Shown piece by piece: positions 37,241 to 45,598 of a stretch of DNA of 45,598 nucleotides (the first letter of the stretch is position 1; the number at the start of each line of letters is the position of its first letter). Source of the DNA: Polyangiaceae bacterium (GTDB taxonomy: Bacteria > Myxococcota_A > Polyangia > Polyangiales > Houyiibacteriaceae); the NCBI GenBank assembly GCA_027009115.1, contig JALVDI010000062.1:1-45598 (forward strand), in the 5' to 3' direction. The notes below the pieces were generated by a model. That model ran no database searches. It saw only the letters and a program-made list of their open reading frames with translations, and was not told the origin of the DNA. The translations under genes were made by a program, and so were the position numbers.

Positions 37241-37885
37241 TCACACTCCTTCGCCACGCTGAGTCGACGCCCCCGCGAAGCGCCACACGAGGTCGACGCG
37301 CCCTCGCGGCCCCGTGAAGCGCAGCGTGACCTGGGAGGCATCGGGCGCGATGGTGGGCGTCCCATCGGGACGAGTGGCGGGGAACACGATGCGAAACGCC
37401 TGCCGGTGAGGATGGATCGACGGAAAATAGACCCGCTCGACGGCGCTCGGACGCCGAACCCGCCGGATCTCCACCGGCGAGGTCTGGCGCCCCTCCGGGT
37501 CGAGGAGGATCACGCGCCAGGCCGAGGTGTCCCCCGCGATGTTTTGCTCGCGGTAGCGGGGACCGGCCAGCGTCACGAAGAAGCGGTGATGCTCGCGAGC
37601 GTCCTGCAGCGTCGCCCGCAGGAGCTCCTCCCGGGCGGCGGCATCGAGGGAATGGTCGGCGGCGTAACGCACGACGTAGGCCCAGCGAAACTCCCACGAC
37701 TCGAACGTGGCGGTCGCGTGGAGGACATCGTCCATGTTCCCCCAGGCGAACTCATCTGCCTCACGGGTCCAGGCATCGTAGACGGCAGGGTAGTCGTCGG
37801 CCGTGAAGTCTCGGGGCCCCGCTCGTAGCTGGATCTGCGCGGGAGCGCAGGCGGCAAGGAGAGCGATGAGAGGGACGCGCTTCAT
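37241..37885 (-). CDS. Lipoprotein of unknown function (214 aa)
   Basis: LAAC lipobox; ATGA overlap with pyrE. Confidence 0.8.
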   Translation of the reverse strand: MKRVPLIALLAACAPAQIQLRAGPRDFTADDYPAVYDAWTREADEFAWGNMDDVLHATATFESWEFRWAYVVRYAADHSLDAAAREELLRATLQDAREHHRFFVTLAGPRYREQNIAGDTSAWRVILLDPEGRQTSPVEIRRVRRPSAVERVYFPSIHPHRQAFRIVFPATRPDGTPTIAPDASQVTLRFTGPRGRVDLVWRFAGASTQRGEGV

Positions 37886-38433
37886 CGGTCCGGCAGGAAG
37901 TCGCGACGAGTGTACAGTGTGGCGAAGGGCACGCCGGCGTTCTCGAACGCCTCCGCGGCCCCCTCGAGCCGATCGACGACCGCCACGACCCCCACGACCT
38001 CGAAGCCTTCCTCACGCAGCGCGGAGGCGGCCCGGAGGGTCGAGCCACCAGTGGTGACCGTGTCTTCGAGCAGCGCGAGAGGTGCGCCCGCGGGCAGGTG
38101 GGCGGCGCCCTCGACGCGGCGCCGGCTTCCGTGGGCCTTGGCGTCCTTGCGTACGTAGACCGCGTCGAGGGAGGGGCCGTCGGCCACCGAGGTCATCGCC
38201 ACCGCCGACGCGAGAGGGCATCCTCCGAGCACCACGCCGGCGACCGCGACCGGCGGCCGGGGCAGACGCCGCACCGCGGTCAAGAGCGCCGCCCCCGCGA
38301 GCGCGTGCCCGCGCGCGGTCAGTACCGTCGGCTTGCAGTCGATGAAGAAGTCGCTCTGGACCCCCGACGCGAGGGTGAATCGGCCGCGACGAAAGCTCCG
38401 CTCACGGAGCATCTGCAGCAGCGCGTCGGCCAC
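37882..38433 (-). CDS. pyrE: Orotate phosphoribosyltransferase
   Basis: FTLASG.SDFFIDC, YVRKDAKAHG, LLEDTVTTGGS PRPP loop, VVDRLEG. Confidence 0.95.
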   Translation of the reverse strand: MADALLQMLRERSFRRGRFTLASGVQSDFFIDCKPTVLTARGHALAGAALLTAVRRLPRPPVAVAGVVLGGCPLASAVAMTSVADGPSLDAVYVRKDAKAHGSRRRVEGAAHLPAGAPLALLEDTVTTGGSTLRAASALREEGFEVVGVVAVVDRLEGAAEAFENAGVPFATLYTRRDFLPDR

Positions 38434-38435
38434 GC

Positions 38436-39029
38436 TCAGGACCCTCCGCGTCGGCGCCCGCGGACACGACCGACGCTGGGCATGCGCAGCGGGCGGCGAC
38501 GCGGATCCGCGGCCTCGGAGCGCGTGGGCGCGGGCGTCGGCTCCTCGGCCCTCGGCGCCTCCTCCCGCATCGCCTCCGCCGGTCGGGCCTCGAAGGGCGT
38601 CCGGGGGGCCTCCTCGAAAACCCCCGCCTCGGCAGGGGCTTGTCTGGAAGGCGCCGGGAGCCCGCTGAAGGTGTGCAGCGCCGGGTCGTAGGCGCTCAGC
38701 CGGGGCTCCCCCACCTCGTTCATGTGGACCTGCCCTCGAAATCGGGCGCCGACCGCGACCTGCACCCGCGGCGCCGTCAGCTCGCCCACGAGCCGAGCCG
38801 ACTCCTCGACGCGCACCGCCAGCTCACCGTAGGCGTCCCCCTTGAGGACGCCTCGTACCGTCACCGTGCGCGCGCGAACGTGGCCGCGAACCTGGCCGCC
38901 AGCCTCGATGAGCAGCGCACCAGAGACATGGATGGGGCCGTCGACCTTGCCGGCCACCACCAGATCCGCGTCGCCTTCGATGTCGCCGACGAGGGTCACG
39001 CCGGCAGGGATCACGCTCGTCTTCTTCAT
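38436..39029 (-). CDS. Bactofilin with Pro/Glu/Arg-rich C-terminal tail (BacP-like architecture)
   Basis: SVIPAGVTLVGDIEGDADLVVAGKVDG…GARFRGQVHM bactofilin domain plus a disordered tail. Confidence 0.9.
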   Translation of the reverse strand: MKKTSVIPAGVTLVGDIEGDADLVVAGKVDGPIHVSGALLIEAGGQVRGHVRARTVTVRGVLKGDAYGELAVRVEESARLVGELTAPRVQVAVGARFRGQVHMNEVGEPRLSAYDPALHTFSGLPAPSRQAPAEAGVFEEAPRTPFEARPAEAMREEAPRAEEPTPAPTRSEAADPRRRPLRMPSVGRVRGRRRGGS

Positions 39030-39367
39030 TCGAATTCCGGCAGCTCGACATCCATCTCGACGGTCCCCAGGAGCGCGCCGCCGTCCTCGAGGCCCACCCG
39101 CGGAGCGCGCACATCGCCCACCAGGCGGCCACCCTCGCGGACGATCACCTCCGCCGCCTCGACGTCACCCTCCAGGCGGCCTTCGACGGCGACCCGGCGC
39201 GCGATCACCGGCGCCCGAACTCGGCCGCGCCCACCGACCCGCAGGTCGCCCTGGAGGTTCAGCTCTCCTTCGAAGGAGCCCTCGATGGTCAGATCGCCCT
39301 CGCCGCTCACCCGCCCGCGGACGACGAGCTCGGCTCCGAGGTACCCAGGAATGTTCGCGTCGGTCAT
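39026..39367 (-). CDS. Bactofilin, core domain only (113 aa)
   Basis: ATG 39367. GRVSGEGDLTIEGSFEGE…GDVRAPRVGLEDGG.LLGTVEM. ATGA overlap with the next bactofilin. Confidence 0.9.
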   Translation of the reverse strand: MTDANIPGYLGAELVVRGRVSGEGDLTIEGSFEGELNLQGDLRVGGRGRVRAPVIARRVAVEGRLEGDVEAAEVIVREGGRLVGDVRAPRVGLEDGGALLGTVEMDVELPEFE

Positions 39368-39406
39368 GGCGTGGTCGAGAACGCGCCGCGGGGCGGCCGC
39401 GGAGGA

Positions 39407-39435
39407 AGATTCAGCGCCCCACCCTCCCATGTCAA
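39407..39435 (-). promoter_or_regulatory. Possible sigma70 promoter for the bactofilin operon
   Basis: TTGACA (39435-39430), 17 bp, GAATCT; the -10 element is imperfect. Confidence 0.35.
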
Positions 39436-39506
39436 CGGCTCGCGCGCTCGGAGGTTCGGTGCTACCCGCCCGTAACGACCGGGCCGGTGGCCCGTCTCGG
39501 TGGCTA

Positions 39507-40856
39507 GTGGCGACGACGGAATCAGGCACGCGCGACGCGATCGACGACCCCGGGGATCTCCTCGCCCCGTTCCTGGCGTCGGAAAAGCCGCGCGCCGCCT
39601 GGCGGGTGGGGACGGAGGCCGAGAAGTTCGGCATGCACGCGAGCGGCCGGCCCGCGCGCTTCAAGGGCGAGATCGACGTGATCCTCCAACGCCTGGCAGA
39701 ACGCCACGGCTGGGTGCCCCAGCAGGAGCACCCCGATCGGCCCGTCATCGCGCTGAGCCGCGGCGGAGCCAACATCACCCTGGAGCCTGGGGGCCAGCTC
39801 GAGCTCAGCGGCGCACCGGTCGAGACCATCCACGCGACCGAGCTCGAGTTCGGCGGCCATCTCGCGGAGGTCGATGCGGCGAGCGCCGACCTCGGCCTGC
39901 ACTGGCTCGGCCTGGGCTTCCACCCCCTTGCGCGGCAGGCCGACCTGCCTTGGGTGCCGAAGCTGCGCTACGGCGTGATGCGCCAGTACTTGCCGACGCG
40001 GGGCAGACGAGCCCTCGACATGATGCGCCGCACCGCGACGGTCCAGGCCAACCTCGACTACTCGAACGCCGACGACGCCTTCCGCAAGCTGAGGGTCGGC
40101 CTGCGGCTACAGCCCGTCGTCGGCGCGCTCTTCGCCAACGCCCCATGGTACGAGGGGCGCGCCACGGGCCACGTCTCGCACCGCCTCGAGGTCTGGGAGG
40201 ACGTGGACCCGGATCGCACGGGGCTGCTCACGTTCCTGTGGGAGGGACCGGCGGACTACCGACGCTACGTCGACTGGGCGCTCGACGCCCCCATGTTCCT
40301 GATCGTCCGCGGCGGCGTCGCCTACCACAACACGGGCCAGACCTTCCGGGCGTTCCTGCGCGACGGCTTCGAAGGCCTGCGAGCCACGCGGCAGGACTGG
40401 GACACGCACCTCAACACGCTCTTTCCCGACGCCCGCCTCAAGCGGACCCTCGAGATGCGCGGCGCCGACGGGCAGCAGCGAGCGCTCGTCCCGGCGGTCC
40501 CGGCCCTGTGGAAGGGCCTGCTCTACGACGAAGCCACGCTCGCGAAGGCCGAGACCCTGGCCTCGACGATCACGCCAGAGGCGGCGTTGGCAGCCCGCCA
40601 TGAGATCCCACGCTCGGGCCTTCGAGCACGGCTGGGACGGCGCTCGGTGGCCGACTGGGCCGGAGACGTCCTCGAGCTCGCCGAAGCAGGGCTCGCCCGG
40701 CTCGGCAACCTCGACGCCGAGGGCCGTGACGAGCGCCGGCACCTCGCTCCGCTGCGCGCGCTGCTGGCGGCGGGCAAACATCCGGCGGACGTCGTGCGCG
40801 AGGCCGCCGGCGACGCTCCCAGCGCCGCGGCCCTCATGACCCACGCCCGAGCCTGA
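39507..40856 (+). CDS. gshA: Glutamate-cysteine ligase (GCS2 family, plant/alphaproteobacterial type)
   Basis: GTG 39507. VGTEAEKF, ITLEPGGQLELSG, WVPKLRYGVMRQY, MMRRTATVQANLDY, HLNTLFPDARLK..LEMRGAD. Confidence 0.9.
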   Translation: MATTESGTRDAIDDPGDLLAPFLASEKPRAAWRVGTEAEKFGMHASGRPARFKGEIDVILQRLAERHGWVPQQEHPDRPVIALSRGGANITLEPGGQLELSGAPVETIHATELEFGGHLAEVDAASADLGLHWLGLGFHPLARQADLPWVPKLRYGVMRQYLPTRGRRALDMMRRTATVQANLDYSNADDAFRKLRVGLRLQPVVGALFANAPWYEGRATGHVSHRLEVWEDVDPDRTGLLTFLWEGPADYRRYVDWALDAPMFLIVRGGVAYHNTGQTFRAFLRDGFEGLRATRQDWDTHLNTLFPDARLKRTLEMRGADGQQRALVPAVPALWKGLLYDEATLAKAETLASTITPEAALAARHEIPRSGLRARLGRRSVADWAGDVLELAEAGLARLGNLDAEGRDERRHLAPLRALLAAGKHPADVVREAAGDAPSAAALMTHARA

Positions 40857-40908
40857 TCGCCGGCCGCCGCGCGCAGCGCACACGCCACCAAGCTCACTCC
40901 GGCGCGCC

Positions 40909-40934
40909 GCTCAGCGCAGGCAAGCGCGCTGAGT
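40909..40934. terminator. Hairpin between convergent gshA and tyrS
   Basis: GCTCAGCGC-N8-GCGCTGAGT; no clear U-tract. Confidence 0.4.
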
Positions 40935-40946
40935 GCCCAGGCACGC

Positions 40947-42176
40947 TCAGCGTAGATGCAAGCTCACCCAGGCGCGCTTGCCCGCCTTGATGACGTAGTC
41001 CCCCCGTCTGAGCTTCGTCTGCGGGTCGCTCACCCTCTCGCCGTCGACCTGCACCGCGCCCGCCTGGATCCTGCGCCTGCCCTCGGAGCTGCTCTTGACC
41101 ACCCCCGCGTCAGCGAGGGCCTTGGGCAGCCACAGCGCCTCGCCCTCGATCGTCAAGGTGACCTCCGGCATGTCCTCGGGCACCTCACGCCTCGAGAATT
41201 GCGCCATCCATTCTCGCTCCGCCGCGTCGGCCGCCTCGGCTCCGTGGTACCGGGCCACGATCTCCTTGGCGAGGCGCAGCTTGGCGTCCCGAGGGTTGGT
41301 CTCGCCGCTCTCGCAGCTTGCTCGGAGGGCGGCGACCTCCGCTGGCGGCAACTCACTGAGCAGCTGATAATAGCGCCACATCAGCCCGTCCGAGATGCTC
41401 ATGAGCTTGCCGAGCTGGGTTCGCGGCGGCTCGGTGATCCCCACGTAGTTGTCGAGGGACTTGCTCATCTTGTCGCCGACGACCCTTCCGTCGGCTTCGA
41501 CCCGGGCGTTGAGCCCCTCGAGGATTGGCGTCGTCATCACGATCTGCGGCGCAAGCCCGTGCTCCCGCATGAGCCGCCGGCCCACCAGGAGGTTGAAGAG
41601 CTGGTCGGTGCCCCCGAGCTCCACGTCACACTCCAGGTGCACCGAGTCGTAGCCCTGCGCGAGCGGATAGAGCAGCTCGTGCAGAGAGATGGCGGCGTGC
41701 TCGCTCCAGCGCTTGGCGAAGTCGTCACGCTCCATCATCCGCGCGAGGGTGTACTTGCCCGCCAGGCGGATCACATCGGCGAAGGACATCCCGCCAAGCC
41801 ACTCGCTGTTGCGCACCACCCTGGTCTTGTCCGGATCGAGGATCTTGAACGCCTGCTCCTGATAGGTCCGGGCACCCTCCTCGATCTCGTCCTCGGTGAC
41901 GACCTGGCGCGTCTTGCTTCGCCCCGTAGGGTCTCCGATGCGGGCCGTGAAATCCCCCACGATGAACACGATCTCGTGCCCGAGCCGCTGGAATTGCTGC
42001 ATCTTGTGCAGGAGCACGGTGTGCCCCAGGTGCAGGTCCGGGCGCGTGGGGTCGAAGCCCGCCTTGACGCGGAGCGGCCTCCCGCTGCGGATGCGTGCGA
42101 GCAGCTCCTCGCGTCGCTCCACATCGACGGCGCCATCGGTGAGAAGCTCGACTTGGGCCTCAGGGTCCATCGGCAT
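40947..42176 (-). CDS. tyrS: Tyrosine--tRNA ligase
   Basis: GFDPTRPDLHLGH (HIGH), YPLAQGYD, GGTDQLFN, KMSKS, C-terminal S4 domain. Confidence 0.97.
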   Translation of the reverse strand: MPMDPEAQVELLTDGAVDVERREELLARIRSGRPLRVKAGFDPTRPDLHLGHTVLLHKMQQFQRLGHEIVFIVGDFTARIGDPTGRSKTRQVVTEDEIEEGARTYQEQAFKILDPDKTRVVRNSEWLGGMSFADVIRLAGKYTLARMMERDDFAKRWSEHAAISLHELLYPLAQGYDSVHLECDVELGGTDQLFNLLVGRRLMREHGLAPQIVMTTPILEGLNARVEADGRVVGDKMSKSLDNYVGITEPPRTQLGKLMSISDGLMWRYYQLLSELPPAEVAALRASCESGETNPRDAKLRLAKEIVARYHGAEAADAAEREWMAQFSRREVPEDMPEVTLTIEGEALWLPKALADAGVVKSSSEGRRRIQAGAVQVDGERVSDPQTKLRRGDYVIKAGKRAWVSLHLR

Positions 42177-42212
42177 GGCGCGCAGTATTGGCCCTGCGCG
42201 CCGCCGCGTCGA

Positions 42213-42512
42213 TCACTGTTCGGACTTCGTCGGGACCGTCGAGTTGACGAGCTCCTTGAGCTCCTTGCCGACCTTGAAGAAAGGCAGACGCTTCTCCGGC
42301 ACGGGCACCGGCTTCCCCGTCCGGGGGTTGCGTCCGGTGTACGCCGGGTAGTGCCGCACGGTGAAGCTCCCGAAGCCGCGGATCTCGATCCCCTCGTTGC
42401 GCTCGAGGGAGGCCGTCATCGCTTCGAAGACACAGTTGACCACCTGTTCGGCGCGGCTCTTGGTGATCCGGGTGCGCTGCGCAACCGCGTCGATGAGCTC
42501 GGACTTCGTCAT
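42213..42512 (-). CDS. ihfB: Integration host factor beta / HU-family DNA-binding protein (99 aa)
   Basis: ATG 42512. MTKSELID…IEIRGFGSF…GRNPRTG…PFFKVGKELKE. Confidence 0.88.
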   Translation of the reverse strand: MTKSELIDAVAQRTRITKSRAEQVVNCVFEAMTASLERNEGIEIRGFGSFTVRHYPAYTGRNPRTGKPVPVPEKRLPFFKVGKELKELVNSTVPTKSEQ

Positions 42513-42530
42513 GCGGGACTCCAGCCGATG

Positions 42531-42559
42531 AGCGTATCGCCGGCCATCTCGGGGGTCAA
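42531..42559 (-). promoter_or_regulatory. Sigma70-type promoter for ihfB
   Basis: Minus strand TTGACC (42559-42554), 17 bp, TACGCT (42536-42531). Confidence 0.6.
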
Positions 42560-42614
42560 TAGCGATTCCGCGCACTTGCGGCAGCTCGCGCCCCCCTGGC
42601 GCCCGCAGGGATGC

Positions 42615-42652
42615 AGCCGTGGCGCCCTCGGGTGGAGCCGTGGCGCCCTCGG
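42615..42652. repeat. Perfect 17-bp direct repeat with 21-bp period in a divergent intergenic region
   Basis: AGCCGTGGCGCCCTCGG at 42615-42631 and 42636-42652. Confidence 0.85.
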
Positions 42653-42839
42653 AGCGCCAGCCGCTCACCCGCGTGCCAGCGTCGTTCCTGGCCCTGGAGC
42701 CCGCGGAGCGAACGCCGCAACCTTCCTGGGCACGCGAACGCTGTTGAGCCCCCAAGAGCGCTGAGGTAGGGTGGCGCGGTTTCGCGGGCGGGGGCTCGAC
42801 CACACCCCTCCGCGCGCGACCACAGCCGGAGGACACGCG

Positions 42840-45218
42840 ATGTCGGAAGAGCCCCAGAACGCCAATGATGTCGACGACCTCAGCGCGTTCGACGCCGATG
42901 CGCCGCTGGGTTCGGGCGAGCTGATGGGCGGCAGCGACGCCCAGACGATCAAGGCGATCAACCGCCGCGCGTCGACGGGCACCAAGATCGTCGCGCTGCT
43001 GATCCTCTTGCTCGTGCTCGGCTTCGGCTTCTGGGGCTTCCGGCACTGGCAGGCGCAAGAGACGATGATGGAGGTCTTCGAGCCCATCGCGGCCATGGAC
43101 GACCCTCAACAGCGCAACGCGGCGCTCCGCGAGGTGCTGCAGAACGCCGAGTTCCACGACCAGAAGATCCGCGCGATCATGAACCTCGGCCACTTCCGCG
43201 ATTCCGCAGCGGTCCCGCTGCTCATCGAGGCGCTCGGCGAAGACGATCCGCGGGTCCGGCGCGCCGCGGCCTGGGCCCTGGGCCGTATCGGGTCGCCGGA
43301 CGCGGACGGTGCCAAGGCCAAGCTCCTCGAGATCCTCCCCGAGACAGGCGACGTCGACCGCAACCAGGTCGTGTGGACCCTGGCGCTCCTCGGCGCTCAG
43401 GAGCAGCCCTTCATCGACGCGCTCATCGAGCGCTTCACGGCGGGCGGGCTCCAGGAGCTCGACGGCTTCGACGAGCGCCGCCTGGCGGAGGTCCTCGGCA
43501 TCGAGCGGCTGAGCTCGGAGGCGCTGACCAACCACGACGAAGAGTCCGTCCGGGTCCTCACGGCCCACGCCCTGGCCGAGATCGCCAACGACCAGGTGGT
43601 GGCCCCCCTCGCCCGGATGCTCACCAACGAGCTGGCCCGGGAAGGGGACGAACAATCCACGGAGGTGATCCGCGCCGCCGCTGCGGGGCTCGGACGCACG
43701 GGCTCGCCAGCGGCCGCCCGCCCCCTCTTCCAGCTCCTGCAGCAGGTCCCCGCGATGCACGAGACGGTGCTCGACGCCCTCCGCAAGTCGACGGCCGCGC
43801 CACAGCTCGCGTCCCTCCTGGCCGAAGCGCAGGATCCAGTGGTCCGTAGAGATCTCACGGAGCTGCTCGTCGAGACCCACGACCGGCGCGCCGTCGATGC
43901 CCTGGCCCAGCTCCTTGGCGACAGCGACATCGAGGTGAAAGCGCAGGCGGCGCTGGCGCTGGCTCAGTTCGGCGACCGCCGAGCGGCGCCGGTCCTCTTC
44001 GAGCTCACCGCGGTCGAGGACGACGACGACATGGTCTCGGACGCCATCGAGGCCCTGCGCTGGGTCGCGAGCCCCGAGCTGACGGACTCGATCGCTCGAC
44101 TGCTGGAAACCCACGAGTACCGCAAGGCGGCCATCCTCCGCGCCCTGGGCGCGACGGGCGATCCGGGTGCGGCCCGCTACATCGAACGCGAGCTCGATGG
44201 CGACGACGTCAACGCCGCCGCTCAGGCACTGGCGATGCTCAACCACGACGCGAGCTTCCGAAAGCTCCTGTCAAAGGTGGTCCGACCCCGGGACAAGGAC
44301 ATGACGGCGTTCAACGCCGCCGACCGCAGCCTCGCCAACGAGGACCTGCTCGCTCTTCGGCGCGCCGCGATCATGTCGATGGGCTTCTTTGGACGCCCCG
44401 AGGCGATCGACGAGCTCATGAGAGTGGTCGAAGACGACATGGACGATTACGAGCTGCGGGGGATGGCGGCCGCGGCGATCGGCCAGCTTGGCGACGCCGA
44501 CACCATCCAGGCGGTCATCCGCAAGATCAACGACAGCTCGATCAGCGAAGCCGCCCGCCGCTACTACGTGCAGGCCCTGTGGCAACGACCGCATCCGGAG
44601 ATCAACGGACAGCTCCTCGATCTGATGGGCGACGCCAATGCGGAGCCCGAGATCCGGCGTGCCGCGGCCCTCGCCGTCGGCTACGCCGCCGACCCCGCTG
44701 CGGACGAGCGCCTGATGGCACTCCTCGACGACGAACAGGCCCGTCGCCACGCTTCCTTCGCCATCCTCCTCGGCGGCGGCCCCGAGGCCGTCGCGAAGCT
44801 GGTCGAGACCCTCGACGCCGACCGGGATCTGCAGGAGATCCTTCAGGGTTACGTCACGAACAACGAGAACGATTGGTTCAACCTCCTGACCGAGGAGATG
44901 TTCGAGAGCGGCGCCGTCTGGAGGCGCCTGCGGGCCGGCCAGATCCTCAAGGAGGGCACGGACGACACCAGCTACAGCTACGCCTGGACCAAAGCGATCG
45001 CTGTGCTGAGGAGCGGATGGGACGGGGCCCGCGGCGTCACGCCCCAGCAGGTGCGCGACCACCTCTGGGAGGCGATGGCTGGGGAGAGCGCCGAGCGGCG
45101 CGAGCTCGCCGCGGAGGCCTTCGGGGATCTCCCGGAGACCGGGCTGCTGCTCCGCGCCCGCGACGAGGGGGGCGAGATGGGCGAGGTGGCTCGGCGCATC
45201 CTGAACCGGCAGCGCTGA
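42840..45218 (+). CDS. Membrane-anchored HEAT-repeat protein (792 aa)
   Basis: ATG 42840 with GGAGG RBS. Acidic N-tail, single TM (IVALLILLLVLGFGFWGF), many HEAT units (DPRVRRAAAWALGRIG, DIEVKAQAALALAQFG, EPEIRRAAALAVG). Confidence 0.88.
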   Translation: MSEEPQNANDVDDLSAFDADAPLGSGELMGGSDAQTIKAINRRASTGTKIVALLILLLVLGFGFWGFRHWQAQETMMEVFEPIAAMDDPQQRNAALREVLQNAEFHDQKIRAIMNLGHFRDSAAVPLLIEALGEDDPRVRRAAAWALGRIGSPDADGAKAKLLEILPETGDVDRNQVVWTLALLGAQEQPFIDALIERFTAGGLQELDGFDERRLAEVLGIERLSSEALTNHDEESVRVLTAHALAEIANDQVVAPLARMLTNELAREGDEQSTEVIRAAAAGLGRTGSPAAARPLFQLLQQVPAMHETVLDALRKSTAAPQLASLLAEAQDPVVRRDLTELLVETHDRRAVDALAQLLGDSDIEVKAQAALALAQFGDRRAAPVLFELTAVEDDDDMVSDAIEALRWVASPELTDSIARLLETHEYRKAAILRALGATGDPGAARYIERELDGDDVNAAAQALAMLNHDASFRKLLSKVVRPRDKDMTAFNAADRSLANEDLLALRRAAIMSMGFFGRPEAIDELMRVVEDDMDDYELRGMAAAAIGQLGDADTIQAVIRKINDSSISEAARRYYVQALWQRPHPEINGQLLDLMGDANAEPEIRRAAALAVGYAADPAADERLMALLDDEQARRHASFAILLGGGPEAVAKLVETLDADRDLQEILQGYVTNNENDWFNLLTEEMFESGAVWRRLRAGQILKEGTDDTSYSYAWTKAIAVLRSGWDGARGVTPQQVRDHLWEAMAGESAERRELAAEAFGDLPETGLLLRARDEGGEMGEVARRILNRQR

Positions 45219-45312
45219 CAACAGCTCGCAGACAGCACCGTCCCTTCCCCACCCTGCGAGCCACGCCTCGTTGTCCGCCCGGGTTTACCCACCTGGCTTG
45301 TCGCCGGTGGCC

Positions 45313-45456
45313 AAACCCGCGGCGCGAATCCCGCAAAGGCGAGCCCTCCTTCTGCCACGAATCTGCGTGACCCGTCCTGAACCGCTCTGCGCCATCCGAG
45401 CGGGCCGCCTTCGAACCTCCCAAGCTCATGAAACCCGCGGCGCGAGTCCCACGAAA
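45313..45456. repeat. Dispersed ~24-bp imperfect direct repeat in non-coding DNA
   Basis: AAACCCGCGGCGCGAATCCCGCAAA (45313) and AAACCCGCGGCGCGAGTCCCACGAA (45431), 118 bp apart. Confidence 0.7.
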
Positions 45457-45598
45457 AAACGCATCGGCGTCTCGATACCCAGGGATTGCGGCCCTTGACC
45501 GAGCGCGGAGACGGGTGCGGTACCGCGGAAGGCTCCCCACGCCGGAAGCACCAACGCGCGTCGCCTGGAGGCCCGCGTCCGGCGCACCCTGCGCGTGA

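Noticed and set aside
38640-39829. Long N-terminal extensions of gshA and the bactofilin (likewise rsmA, both kinases, the FHA activator and the 24744 ORF)
   Set aside because: The extensions overlap neighbouring real genes; downstream starts fit motifs, signal peptides and stop/start overlaps.
42213-44246. 677-aa ORF as a giant IHF fusion
   Set aside because: Only the last 99 aa are IHF-like and have their own ATG and promoter; the rest is antisense to the HEAT gene.
45495-45598. Start of a next gene (one frame reads LEARVRRTLR, reminiscent of TilS)
   Set aside because: That frame has no start codon after the TGA at 45496 and the window ends; too little sequence to call.

Overview
This is a very GC-rich, gene-dense chromosomal window. 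Its gene content (T4aP alignment/secretin operon, Hanks kinases, FHA/GAF sigma-54 activators, bactofilins, many Cys-rich lipoproteins, TPR and HEAT proteins) points to a myxobacterium, probably Polyangiales/Sandaracinaceae-like (inference). About 39 real CDSs are present and most other entries in the ORF track are GC-rich shadow frames. In order: a 5'-truncated large TPR protein with a 36-bp tandem repeat; a minus-strand block XRE regulator-pilMNOP-pilQ-aroKB fusion-lipoprotein, with a divergent LysM/M15 peptidase; a Ser/Thr kinase, TPR-GAF sigma-54 activator and mini-lipoprotein; a metzincin lipoprotein and an SDR lacking its catalytic residues; an unlisted 55-aa ORF with its own promoter; a DUF4350-MoxR-DUF58-rsmA operon; exported HEAT / beta-propeller-HEAT / LpoA-like envelope genes; a minus-strand signalling run (HEAT lipoprotein, FHA-GAF sigma-54 activator, small membrane protein, PpiC lipoprotein, Roadblock fusion, Zn-ribbon kinase); two bactofilins-pyrE-lipoprotein; gshA; tyrS; ihfB; and a membrane-anchored HEAT protein. 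I found no rRNA, tRNA, CRISPR array or mobile element. The best candidates for an undescribed system are the exported beta-propeller+HEAT/LpoA-like envelope module and the adjacent HEAT-lipoprotein/kinase/FHA-activator/Roadblock signalling operon. Both are hypotheses from motif reading by eye; no database searches were run.
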